Source of the DNA: Bryobacterales bacterium
GTDB taxonomy: Bacteria > Acidobacteriota > Terriglobia > Bryobacterales > UBA6623
NCBI GenBank assembly: GCA_965206655.1
Contig: CBDBKC010000032.1
Coordinates: forward strand, 276,431 to 340,430
Length of the DNA stretch: 64,000 bases
Reading direction: 5' to 3'
Shown here: one piece after another, positions 10,347 through 19,728 of the stretch
How the letters are laid out: the number at the start of each line of letters is the position of its first letter
How positions within the stretch are numbered: position 1 is the stretch's first letter
Program-made: the position numbers and the translations under genes
The notes under the pieces: model-generated
Databases searched by the model: none
Told to the model about the DNA's origin: nothing
Seen by the model: the letters and a program-made list of their open reading frames with translations, nothing else

Positions 10347-10454
10347 ATGTTTGACGCAGCCGAGAAGAAAGACGGCGGTGCGCCCTGGGGCGTCATCGGT
10401 GGTGGTGTTGCCTTGGTAGCACTTTTGATCGCGGGTTACCTCATGACCAACTAG
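10347..10454 (+). CDS. 35-aa single-TM small protein
   Basis: AAGGAG RBS 6 nt before ATG; MFDAAEKKDGGAPWGVIGGGVALVALLIAGYLMTN. Confidence 0.55.
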   Translation: MFDAAEKKDGGAPWGVIGGGVALVALLIAGYLMTN

Positions 10455-10596
10455 CGGCCGGCCGGGGACAGCAACCGGTTTGTCCGGTCATCGGGTAGCA
10501 GCAGTCTGTCGGCGGGTCTGCCCCCCGCCTGAAGGGTGGCTGTGTGCGAGCTGGTTTGGTTCTTGTGACCTGTTCGGCTATCCTCATCCAGCGGGT

Positions 10597-11415
10597 TTAA
10601 CCGGAACGAAGACTCCGAAGGTATAAGTTGCGGAACGCGACGGGCCCGTGATCACCCTGTAGCAGCAGTGGTGCTTCGGGTTTCTCCTCCCAAGGGGAAG
10701 CGCCGCGTGTAGAGCCGATAAGCTCATATTCGCCGTGGATCTGTTTCCCGTTGTGATCGACGCGTAGGAAGCGAGCATTCTCGACCTTGCGGCCCGCTTC
10801 GAAGCGTGGGGCGCGGAACCAGATGTGGAAGCTTTCCCATTCGCCGGCGGGCCGGCTCGCGTTGACGCTGGGCGGTTGGCCCCCGACACGCTTTTCGTTG
10901 ATGGCGCGGGCGTAGATTCCGCCGTTGTCACCGTATTTGAGCTTGGTGCGTCCGTAGCTGTCGTAGATCTGGATTTCGTATAACCCCATCAAGCAGATAC
11001 CGGAGTTAGATCCCTTGGCGACCATGGATTCTAGATAGAGTTCGAGGTCGGCGTAATTCTTCTTCGTGATGGGATTGTCGGACCTTCCTCGTTGATTATT
11101 GACGAAGGCGGGGACGGTTCCGGCGGCGGGTTTGAACGGCTTTCGCACGAGTTCTTTCGGGTTGTCGGGGTTAAGCCAGACGAGACTGGGTACGTCCCAA
11201 TCGAAAGGCTTCGGGTCGCGGTTGGGGTCTTTGAGGGCTTTCCACTGGCTGATGTCTTTGCCGTTGAAGAGAGATTCCCACCCTTGTTTCGGATCCCTGA
11301 AAGAAGATTCCAGGGCCTTGAACTCTTCGTTGGGGCCGTGCGAGCTGGCCGGCGCGGGGCGGGGAAGGCCGGCAGCGAGGGTCCCGGAAAGCAGAAGAAA
11401 TTGGCGGCGCTTCAT
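10597..11415 (-). CDS. DUF1080 (3-keto-disaccharide hydrolase-like) protein with Tat signal
   Basis: MKRRQFL; WESLFNGKD, NSGI...YEIQIYDS, LQGDHGPVAFRN. Confidence 0.9.
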   Translation of the reverse strand: MKRRQFLLLSGTLAAGLPRPAPASSHGPNEEFKALESSFRDPKQGWESLFNGKDISQWKALKDPNRDPKPFDWDVPSLVWLNPDNPKELVRKPFKPAAGTVPAFVNNQRGRSDNPITKKNYADLELYLESMVAKGSNSGICLMGLYEIQIYDSYGRTKLKYGDNGGIYARAINEKRVGGQPPSVNASRPAGEWESFHIWFRAPRFEAGRKVENARFLRVDHNGKQIHGEYELIGSTRGASPWEEKPEAPLLLQGDHGPVAFRNLYLRSLRSG

Positions 11416-11419
11416 GAAG

Positions 11420-12607
11420 CTATTGTACGGCGGCGGGCAAGGTGTCTTGGCCGTCCGTCAACCAGTCGAGGGTGAAGCGGGCCACCGTGAGGGTTTCGTA
11501 GGCGTCGTCATCGCCGCGCTCGTAAAGGCAGGCCATGGTTCCATCGGGAAGCACGGCCAGGGATGAGTATGCCGAGGGTCCGGCGTGGAGGGCCTTGGCG
11601 ACGGGCCACGACTCGCCCTCGTCGTAGCTGAGGCGGACGGTCATGTTGACGCGATCGGTCGTGCTGGCCGGACCGGAATAGATGACGCGGTCCTTGCCGC
11701 GGTTGGCGGCGAGAGTGTAGCGCAGGAAGCTTGCCTGGCAGACGGGCTCGATGAGGGTTTCGTCGAAAGTGAGGTCGCTCCAGGTTATGCCCGCGTCTTC
11801 GCTCCAGGCGAGGGCGCGTTTGCCGAGACGGTCGGCTTGCTTGGCCACCTTTCCCCAATAGCTGCGGATGTTGATCAGCAGACGTCCGTCGGTAAGCTCG
11901 ACGACTTGGGATTCATCGGTGTGCTCGGGGAGCAGGCCGCCGAGTTGCCATGTCTCGCCGTGGTCGTCGCTGTAGAAGACGTGCGAGTGCATGATTCGTT
12001 GTTCGCCGACCATGACGCCGTGGTCGGTGGGGACGACGAGGCGGCCTTTGTGTGGGCCTTGCTGGAGTTGGATGCTCACGCCGGGGCCGGTGGCGACCCA
12101 GACCCAGTGGCCGCGGGTGATGCTACCGGTGATATTGATGGGCTCTGACCACGTAACGCCGTCATCTTCGCTCTTGGTGAGGAGGATTTCTTTGTTGTTG
12201 CGGCAGAACGGCATCCAGATCGTGCCGGTATCTTGGTCGACGACGGGAGCGGGGTTGCCGATGGTGAGTTCGGAGTCGCCGCCTTCTTCGTAGACAACTT
12301 GATGCGGTGACCACGTCTCACCGCCGTCGGTACTGCGTTTGACGAGCAGGTCGATGTTGCCGTGGTCGCGGCGATTGTCTTTGCGTCCTTCGCAGAAGGC
12401 TAGGAGGTTGCCGTCGTTTGTGGTGACGAGGGCGGGGATGCGGTAGGTGTGGTAGCCGTCTTGGCCGGCGGTCCAGAGGGGGGTTTGGGTGAGGCCGGCG
12501 TCGGTTTGGACGCCGCCGTCGCTTCCGCACGAGAGTAGGAGTGCGAGGGAGAGGAGCGCTAGCGGCCAGAGAGAGGGAATGGAGCGGTGCGGGTTTCGAT
12601 GACTCAT
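11420..12607 (-). CDS. Sialidase (GH33/BNR-repeat) lipoprotein
   Basis: Lipobox LLSC, YRIP motif, Asp boxes STDGGETW, SEDDGVTW, SDDHGETW, SYDEGESW. Confidence 0.9.
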   Translation of the reverse strand: MSHRNPHRSIPSLWPLALLSLALLLSCGSDGGVQTDAGLTQTPLWTAGQDGYHTYRIPALVTTNDGNLLAFCEGRKDNRRDHGNIDLLVKRSTDGGETWSPHQVVYEEGGDSELTIGNPAPVVDQDTGTIWMPFCRNNKEILLTKSEDDGVTWSEPINITGSITRGHWVWVATGPGVSIQLQQGPHKGRLVVPTDHGVMVGEQRIMHSHVFYSDDHGETWQLGGLLPEHTDESQVVELTDGRLLINIRSYWGKVAKQADRLGKRALAWSEDAGITWSDLTFDETLIEPVCQASFLRYTLAANRGKDRVIYSGPASTTDRVNMTVRLSYDEGESWPVAKALHAGPSAYSSLAVLPDGTMACLYERGDDDAYETLTVARFTLDWLTDGQDTLPAAVQ

Positions 12608-12940
12608 GTCGGTAGCACGTTACAGCGTGGCCCGAGTCGACGTCAAGTGCGGGTGACGGTGGAACTCGAAGAAAACGGTCGAGATCACGCGGGCGACTTG
12701 CAAGCTTTCTCGAGGATGACTTGGCGGCCCGGGTTTCAAAGATGAGAAGTCCTTAACTTCGCATGCAACATCTCTTGTACTTCTTTCCACTCCCGCACGG
12801 ACATGGATCGTTGCGCCGAACTTGCCCAGACTCTCTGTTTGCCTTTGCGATACGGCTTTTCCTAATCTGCTCGGCCATCACTTTGAGCCTGTTCATCTCT
12901 TGAGGCGACAGCGTTGCAAGTCCCACTGACTGCCAGTCTA

Positions 12941-14036
12941 CTGAGTCCCGCATAATATTCAGTTAATCGAACGACAAAGAAGATTGCTTCCAAAAGGCGG
13001 CGATCAAGCGCCGTTTGCGGCGCATGCGGCGCAAGGTCGTGCGTGCCCGCTCGTCGAGCTCCCAGTAGTCGTTGGGGCAGACGTTGGGCAACTCGTGCTG
13101 CTTCCAGTAGGCCCAGATGTATTCCACCGGATTCAGCTCCGGGGCGTAGCCCGGCAAGTACTCGGTCTCGATGTGGCCCTGCGACAACGCGATGAACTCG
13201 CGCACCAACGCGCTGCGATGCGCCGGCAAGCGATCCCACACGATCAGCAACGGACGTTGTATGTGGCGCAGCAGCGCCTTGAGGAAATCGATCACCTCGG
13301 GACCGCGGATGGCGTCGGGATAGAGACGGAAATAGAAGTTGTGGAAAGTGATTCCGGCCGCCGCCGAGAGCTTCTTCCAGTTGAAGTTGAACTGCAGTAC
13401 GGGCGTCTGCCCGCGCGGTGCCCAAGTACGGCAGCGATGTGGCTTCTGGCTCAGTCCGCTTTCGTCGATGAAGACGATCGTGCGGCCCTGTTTTTGGGCT
13501 TTTTTTTAATGGCGGGCCAGGTCTGTTTCTTCCAGGCGCGGATCGCTTCCTCGTTGCGCTCGCGGGCCTTGCCGACCGGCCGTTGCGGGCTCCAGTGGAG
13601 TGCCCGCAGCAGCTTCCAGACGTGGCCTTCGTGGTAGCGCACCCCGAAACGGTCGCGGATCAACCGCGCCACCCGCGGACAGCTCCAGAGCGGCGTCGGG
13701 AAGCCGTGCGCTTCGGGTCCTTCGAGCAGCAGCCCTTCCAGCTCGGCGAGCTGCGCGGTGCTCAGCAACGGCTTGCGGCCGGCGCGGCCGGCTTTGGCCA
13801 ACCCGGCGCGGCCGTCTTCGCGGTAACGCTGTACCCAGCCGCTGACGCTTTGTTGGGCGGCTTGGACTCTACGCGCCGCCCCGGCTTGGCTCAGTCCTTC
13901 TTTCACGACCAGCCGCACCGCCTCAATGCGCCGCTTCTCCAGCGCCGCAAAGTCTCGCTTCACGCCTTTTGGAAAACCCATATCCAAAAGACGTCGCTCC
14001 ATTACAAAAGGTTACTCTATATTATGCGGGACTCAG
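12941..14036 (-). mobile_element. IS630 family element, full copy A (1096 bp, TA TSD)
   Basis: Perfect 18-bp TIR CTGAGTCCCGCATAATAT; TA on both sides. Confidence 0.95.
12963..14002 (-). CDS. IS630 transposase (orfA HTH plus orfB DDE joined by -1 frameshift at an A8 run near 13500)
   Basis: orfA HTH...WPAIKK; -1 frame AQKQGRTIVFIDESG...WDRLPAH...YAPELNPVEYIW. Confidence 0.9.
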
Positions 14037-14257
14037 TAAGTCGATGAGTTGACCCTTGCTCCCGTAAGTCGCCTTCACTAGAAGACGGTCTGACTCAGCT
14101 GCGAGCAGCATTGCGGCTCGAGTGTAATCTAAGGCGTATACATCGTCACGCTTGACGACAGGAGGCATCCACGCGAAGACGGTGAGCCTAACGTCCCCAT
14201 ACGTTGACATAGGCCGGACGCGATGAACAGTTTCACTCGTCTTGATAATGGTCTCAA

Positions 14258-15923
14258 CCCGGATTCCCACTTTAGTTTCGATTCTGCTAACCATCGGGTG
14301 GCCTCGGACGCCTTTATTTATGCGGGTTGGAAAGCACTCAAGGCGCTGAGGAGATCAACACCCAATGGGTGAAAAAGAAAACAAACCGTTCCAGCTAAGC
14401 TTCAACGGCTTATTGAAAGTCGATTTCCAAGGATCGCGTGTCACTTCCGACGGCGGGCTGATCCTGGTCCGCGAGCTGGACGAGCGACTCGGACTCGGGA
14501 AGCTGATCGACGAACACCTCAGTGACCCACGGCAAGGCTTGAACAAGAAGTTCCCGCTGGCCGATCTGCTGCGGCAGTCAGTCTACTCTCGGCTGGCAGG
14601 CTACGAGGACCTCAATGACGCCGTCCGAGTGTCGGCTGACCCGACGTTTCGCTTGATCGGCTCGAAGAGGAACTGGGATCGCGGCGGGGCACTGACCTCG
14701 CGACTGCAGAGCTTCGAGACGGAGATGCTGGCGAGCGAGGAGAACTTGCTGGGGCTGATGGCTGTGAACCGCGAGCTGGTGGCGCAAGCCGAGACGCAAG
14801 ACGACTCCGAGCGCGTCGTGCTCGACATGGATTCGACCGAAAGCCCTGTCCACGGCCAGCAAGAGGGCAGCGCCTACAACGGCCATTTCGAGTCGGTCTG
14901 CTACCACCCGCTGTTGTTGTTCAACCAGCATGGGGATTGCCTGGCGGCGAAGCTGCGTCCAGGCAACGTGCACAGCGCTGAGGACTGGAAGGAGTTGCTG
15001 CTGCCCGAGATCAAGCGCCAACAGGCTGTGGGCAAACAGGTCACCTTCCGGGGCGATGCGGCCTTTGCCAAGCCGGAGATTTATGAGTTTTCGGAGGAAC
15101 GCGGAGTGCAGTACGCCATTCGCATTCCGGCCAACAAGAGCTTGGAATTGGCGATCGAAGACATCTTGTTTCGCCCGCCGGGCAGGCCGGGTCGCAAGCC
15201 CTTGGTGCGCTACAAGAGCTTCCGCTATCAGGCGGAGAGTTGGTCCAAGCCGCGACGCATCGTGGCCAAGGTCGAGCATCATCTCGGTGAGCTGTTCCCG
15301 CGGGTCGGATTTATCGTGACCAACATGAGCTTGCCAAGCCGGTCGGTGGTGCGCTTCTACAACAAGCGCGGCACGGCCGAGCAATGGATTAAAGAAGGCA
15401 AACAGGCCACGCACTGGACGCGGCTTTCGTGCCATCGCTTTCGGGCCAACGAAGTGCGACCGCAACTCAGCGTGCTGGCCTACAACCTGGGCAACTTGTG
15501 GCGGCGGCTCGGACTGCCGAACAGGATCAAGAGTTGGTCGCTCACGAGCTTGCAGCAGCGGCTGATGAAGACCGGCGGCCGGCTGGTCAAGCACGCGCGC
15601 TACTACTGGTTGCTGCTGGCCGAGGGGCATCTGAACCGGCGGCTGTTCGGTGACATGCTGCACAGGATCTGGGCGCTGCCGCTGCCGAGCGGGTAGCGTT
15701 ACCTGGACGAGGGTCAACAGTTTTTAGCTCCGAAAAGGCTTCGCAGGGAGCAGTGTCGGCCGGTGTGCCGTTCAGCCCGCTCCATCAACGTCTGTGAGCG
15801 GACGGACGGGCTTTGGGGCCTGCCGCCGGAGGTGATGTGCAGGGTTCAGCGCGGAAAGACGTGGTCTTCGGGGCAGCGCGGGTGTATACTTTCACCGTGC
15901 CAGGGCCAAAATGGAAATCCTGG
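14258..15923 (+). mobile_element. IS1380-family element, copy 2 (no TSD)
   Basis: Same TIRs and 1666-bp length; flanks CTCAA / GTTAT do not match. Confidence 0.95.
14365..15696 (+). CDS. IS1380 family transposase (L>P change in EVRPQL relative to copies 1 and 3)
   Basis: Near-identical to 3336-4667. Confidence 0.95.
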   Translation: MGEKENKPFQLSFNGLLKVDFQGSRVTSDGGLILVRELDERLGLGKLIDEHLSDPRQGLNKKFPLADLLRQSVYSRLAGYEDLNDAVRVSADPTFRLIGSKRNWDRGGALTSRLQSFETEMLASEENLLGLMAVNRELVAQAETQDDSERVVLDMDSTESPVHGQQEGSAYNGHFESVCYHPLLLFNQHGDCLAAKLRPGNVHSAEDWKELLLPEIKRQQAVGKQVTFRGDAAFAKPEIYEFSEERGVQYAIRIPANKSLELAIEDILFRPPGRPGRKPLVRYKSFRYQAESWSKPRRIVAKVEHHLGELFPRVGFIVTNMSLPSRSVVRFYNKRGTAEQWIKEGKQATHWTRLSCHRFRANEVRPQLSVLAYNLGNLWRRLGLPNRIKSWSLTSLQQRLMKTGGRLVKHARYYWLLLAEGHLNRRLFGDMLHRIWALPLPSG

Positions 15924-15951
15924 GTTATCCGCATTAAAAACTCAGGTCTAC

Positions 15952-15980
15952 ACCCTAGCCCACCGGGGGGGCGAAGTCAA
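15952..15980 (-). promoter_or_regulatory. Putative sigma70 promoter TTGACT-N17-TAGGGT (duplicated at 16850-16878)
   Basis: Consensus-like hexamers with an exact 17-nt spacer, pointing into the IS1380 right end. Confidence 0.5.
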
Positions 15981-15990
15981 TACCAAGTCT

Positions 15991-16809
15991 TGTCTCATGC
16001 AAGATGAGCCTGAAGGAGGAGTTAGTTTCTCACACAAGATGAGCCTGAAGGGTGGGGGAGTGAGCATGCTGGGGATTGACCATCCACATGCAAGACGGCA
16101 AGACGCTGAGCCTGGAGCAGATACGGCAGTTTCTGGAGGCCAGCGATGAAATACGATTCAAGGGCAAAGGGCGTGCCGAGATCTACGCCTGGGTGGCGCA
16201 AACGCTGTGCCGGCAGCGCTACAGCGGGCAAGACCGAGCCGCCAAAGGACTGCTGCGGCAATATCTGGCCAAGATGACGGGACTGAGCCGGGCGCAGGTC
16301 ACCCGACTGATCCGCCAATATCGGCAGAGGGGTGAGCTGGTACCTGCCCGCTATCGGCGGCATCGCTTTGCCGGCAAGTACACGGCGGCCGATATCGAGC
16401 GGCTGGCGGCCGTCGATGAAGCACACGAAACGCTCAGCGGCCCGGCCACGCGCAAGATCCTGCAGCGGGAATATCACAAGTACCAGCAGAGTGAATATGA
16501 GCGGTTGGCGGAGCAGTGTCGGCCGGTGTGCCGTTCACTCGGCCCAGCGCGGTGTCGATCGGCGAGCGGCGGCGGCCCAACCCGCGGGGCCAACCCGGCT
16601 ACCTGCGAGTGGATACGGTACATCAAGGAGATCAACGTCTGTGAGCGGACGGACGGGCTTTGGGGCCTGCCGCCGGAGGTGATGTGCAGGGTTCAGCGCG
16701 GAAAGACGTGGTCTTCGGGGCAGCGCGGGTGTATACTTTCACCGTGCCAGAACTGCTGACCGACGCCAAAGGCAAGCAGAAGCGCGTGTATCGCCACTAT
16801 CAGACCCCT
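15991..16809 (+). mobile_element. Degenerate ISNCY/IS481-like (rve integrase) element, interleaved with IS1380-end sequence
   Basis: TGT start, two 17-bp direct repeats CAAGATGAGCCTGAAGG (16000-16016, 16035-16051); transposase N-terminus from 16076 (GLSRAQVTRLI, LSGPAT) and fragments GERRRPNPRGQPGYLRVDTVHQG and LLTDAKGKQKRVYRHYQTP. Confidence 0.75.
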
Positions 16810-16959
16810 TGGAAATCCTGGGTTATCCGCATTAAAAACTCAGGTCTACACCCTAGCCCACCGGGGGGGCGAAGTCAATACCACTTCTGATCGGGACCAA
16901 GCTGCGACCTAACCGTTGACTGAGGTGCTCAGAACGTTGTAGGAGACATCGCAAACCCG

Positions 16960-17025
16960 CCCAAAATTTCTGCGATTTCATGGACGGTGCAGACGTTCGG
17001 GTGGTTCAGGGCAGCGGCGGCTTTG
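16960..17025 (-). pseudogene. Small remnant of a Hanks-type Ser/Thr kinase
   Basis: AAAALNHPNVCTVHEIAE resembles kinase subdomain III/IV; no intact ORF. Confidence 0.45.
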
Positions 17026-17033
17026 AAGACCCG

Positions 17034-18916
17034 ATCGGGTCGGGTGACGGGGATTGAGGCCCCGCCACCCTCCCACACCACCGGACATACGGTTTTCCGT
17101 ATCCGGCGGTTGAACCCAGCGGCCTTACGTTCGCGCCGCAAGATCCGATGGCATCACAAACCCGTAGCGCCGCAACGTTGCATTCGATAACGCTGTCTGC
17201 AACAGTCCGTTCGCCGCTATGCGCCAAGCGCCGCGACGTGCCGGAACCAGTTTCAACAAGCGTTCCCCAATGCCCAACCGACGTAAAGCCCGCCGGCGTC
17301 CCGTTGCGCCATGCCAGCGCAGCCAGAAACATTTCCGTATGTGCCGCCGCACCCATCCTTCCAGTAGGAAAATCGCACGCCGTCGCTCCGCCAACCGGTA
17401 GTATCCCCACCAGCCGCGAACGTACCGCCGCCACTCGTCGCGTAACTGCCGACTCGTGACCGAGCGGTTGCCGCACCAGATCTCCCGCACCTTCCGTTTG
17501 AATCGCTCGACACTTTCCGGCGCTGCTTCCACCTGCCCCTGGCGGTTCAGACGAAACCCCAGGAACTTCCGCTCCCACGGCCTCCCCGCCCCGCTCTTGG
17601 CCTCGTTCACTTTCAGTCGCAGATGCTTTTCGATCCAAGCCGTGATCCCCGCCAGCACACGCTTCGCCGCCGCTTCACTGCCCACATAGATGTTGCAGTC
17701 ATCCGCGTACCGGCAGAACCGTAGCCCACGTCTCTCCAGCTCCCGATCAAGCGCATCAAGGTAGATGTTCGCCAGCAACGGTGACAACGGCCCGCCTTGC
17801 GGCGTGCCCTCCGCGCTGCGCACCACCACCCCCTCCGTCAGCACTCCGGCCCGTAGATACCGGCCGATCAACCCCAGCACTCGCTTGTCGCGAATGACTT
17901 CCGCCACCCGCCGCATCAAAATGTCGTGATTGACCACGTCGAAGAACCGCGCGATGTCAATATCCACCACCCAGTCCTTGCCCTCGCGAACGTATCTTTG
18001 CGCCACTCGCACTGCGTCATGCGCACTCCGTCCCGGCCGGAACCCGTAGCTCGACTCGCTGAACCGCGGATCGAAGATCGGCTGCAGAACTTGCAGCAAC
18101 GCTTGCTGCACCAGCCGATCTATTACCGTCGGTATCCCAAGCTGTCGCTTCCCCCCGCTCGGCTTCGGTATCTCTACCCGCCTTACGGGACTCGGCGTCC
18201 AACGCCCGGACACGAGTTTCGCTCGAATCTCCGTGCCGTGACGGCGAAAGTGAGGTTCGAGTTCTTCGGTCGTCATCTTGTCGATCCCCGCCGCGCCCCG
18301 CTTGCGTTTCACCGCCCGCAGAGCCCGTTCGAGGTTCTCCTCTCCGACCACCTGTTCCATCAGTTCTTCGTGCATTGCTTTCTTCGATGAGTCTCGCCGA
18401 ACTTCGCCTCGTCGCCGCCGGAGGGAGGCCCATCCCGGTTCCACCGTTCCTGCCTGCCCCTGCTCCCCTTGCGTTCCCCCGATGGGGAAGGACCTTTCGG
18501 TCCGGGACTCCGGACTTCTTTCGGCTCGGTTCGAGTCGCTCCTCTCGCTTTGCTCCTTGGTTCTTCGGCCCTTCGCTCCGGCGCTATTACCCGCCTTCCT
18601 CGCTACTACGGCCTCTGCTGACTTCTCCTCCGCTCTCACCGAGGAGATCTCCCCAGGTAAGGTGCTGAATCTTTCCCTTCACACCGCCCGGCTCTACCGC
18701 GCACGTCTTCGGATGGACTTCGGGCTTCACGTTGGCTAGCACGCTTACCGCCCGTACACGGCCTCTCTGCCGATTCGTGTTCCTACGGTCAAAGGTTTGT
18801 TCCCCGCTTCCTTCAGCTTCACCTCGCGGCTACGCCTTGCGGTTCCCTACAGTTACCTCCATCAGTTCCCGGTCGGCTCCTTTCAGCCAACTAGATTCAG
18901 CCCATGCTGGGCACAC
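17034..18916 (-). mobile_element. Group II intron, class C (IIC), about 1883 nt
   Basis: 5' GTGTGCCCAGCATGGG; short domain V GAACCGCCGGATACGGAAAACCGTATGTCCGGTGG with CGC triad; domain VI ending ...ACCCGAT; inserted just 3' of a stem-loop. Confidence 0.92.
17125..18375 (-). CDS. ltrA: Group II intron reverse transcriptase/maturase (no endonuclease domain)
   Basis: GAAGIDK, RQLGIPTVIDR, GTPQGGPLSPLLANIYL, RYADD, FLGF; start taken at MHEELMEQ. Confidence 0.92.
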   Translation of the reverse strand: MHEELMEQVVGEENLERALRAVKRKRGAAGIDKMTTEELEPHFRRHGTEIRAKLVSGRWTPSPVRRVEIPKPSGGKRQLGIPTVIDRLVQQALLQVLQPIFDPRFSESSYGFRPGRSAHDAVRVAQRYVREGKDWVVDIDIARFFDVVNHDILMRRVAEVIRDKRVLGLIGRYLRAGVLTEGVVVRSAEGTPQGGPLSPLLANIYLDALDRELERRGLRFCRYADDCNIYVGSEAAAKRVLAGITAWIEKHLRLKVNEAKSGAGRPWERKFLGFRLNRQGQVEAAPESVERFKRKVREIWCGNRSVTSRQLRDEWRRYVRGWWGYYRLAERRRAIFLLEGWVRRHIRKCFWLRWHGATGRRRALRRLGIGERLLKLVPARRGAWRIAANGLLQTALSNATLRRYGFVMPSDLAART

Positions 18917-18945
18917 TAGCGCGGACCTCGGTTTTGAGGTCCGCG
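18917..18945. repeat. GTAG-type REP-like hairpin targeted by the intron
   Basis: Pre-insertion site reads cccG|TAG CGCGGACCTC ggtttt GAGGTCCGCG (10-bp perfect stem). Confidence 0.6.
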
Positions 18946-19081
18946 GGGTTTCCTACAGCCGTGCCTTGGGTTCCGACGGGAGGCGCAGAAAATCGATCTC
19001 GATAGGTCCGACGCGCTCGTGACCATCGAGGACCATCGAGGGACAGGCACCTAAACTCGGCGGTACGCCAACCGCATTTAG

Positions 19082-19696
19082 TTCCATCACCAGGTCTAAA
19101 CCCACCGCCTTTCAGGCGGTCAGCTTCAAGCGGGTCTGGATGACAATAGGAGGATGGGCGAATATCGGCGAGGGGCGCACGCGGTCTACGACATCAAATA
19201 TCACCTGGTCTGGATCACGAAATATCGCTACAAGGTGTTGCGGGGCAGGGTGGCGGAGCGGACACGGGACCTGATCCGACAGAGCTGCCAAGCGCGAGAC
19301 GTCGTGGTGATTCGGGGTGCGGTGTCGCCGGATCATGTGCATGTCTTGGTATCGGCACCGCCGCAGCTTGCACCGTCGAAGCTGGTGCAGTATGTAAAAG
19401 GCAGGTCGTCACGACGGCTGCAAGATGAGTTTGGGGAATTGCGGAAGCGATACTGGGGGCAACACCTGTGGGCGCGCGGATATTTCTGCGCGACGGTGGG
19501 CGCGGTGGACGAGGAAACGATCAAGAAGTACATCGAGAGCCAGCAATGGGACGAGGATGAGGAGGAGGGATTCAAGATCACAGCGCCCACCAAGCCTTGA
19601 GCCGGCTCTGAGCCGGGGCTTCTTCAGGCGGCTTCAGCCGCAAGCCGACTTTCAGTCGTAAATGAACCCACCGCCTTTCAGGCGGTGGTTGTTTAG
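19082..19696 (+). mobile_element. IS200/IS605-family element, tnpA only, copy 1
   Basis: Subterminal hairpins ACCGCCTTTCAGGCGGT at both ends; preceded by TTTAG and ending in TTTAG; boundaries defined by comparison with copy 2. Confidence 0.9.
19154..19600 (+). CDS. tnpA: IS200/IS605 Y1 HUH transposase
   Basis: YHLVWITKYR, DHVHVL, LWARGYF, YIESQ. Confidence 0.95.
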   Translation: MGEYRRGAHAVYDIKYHLVWITKYRYKVLRGRVAERTRDLIRQSCQARDVVVIRGAVSPDHVHVLVSAPPQLAPSKLVQYVKGRSSRRLQDEFGELRKRYWGQHLWARGYFCATVGAVDEETIKKYIESQQWDEDEEEGFKITAPTKP

Positions 19697-19728
19697 GAAT
19701 CGCCGCCGGTTGTGCACAGATTCGCTCA

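Larger units (their letters stand above)
12753..14257 (-). pseudogene. SEC-C motif protein, 5'-truncated by IS1380 and interrupted by IS630
   Basis: Removing IS630 joins GQLIDL|DWQSVG in frame; C-terminal [17 protein letters not shown]. Confidence 0.8.

Noticed and set aside
17125-18639. DGR, retron or defence RT; also the longer 504-aa start
   Set aside because: Complete IIC intron RNA boundaries are present; the N-terminal extension is translated ribozyme sequence.
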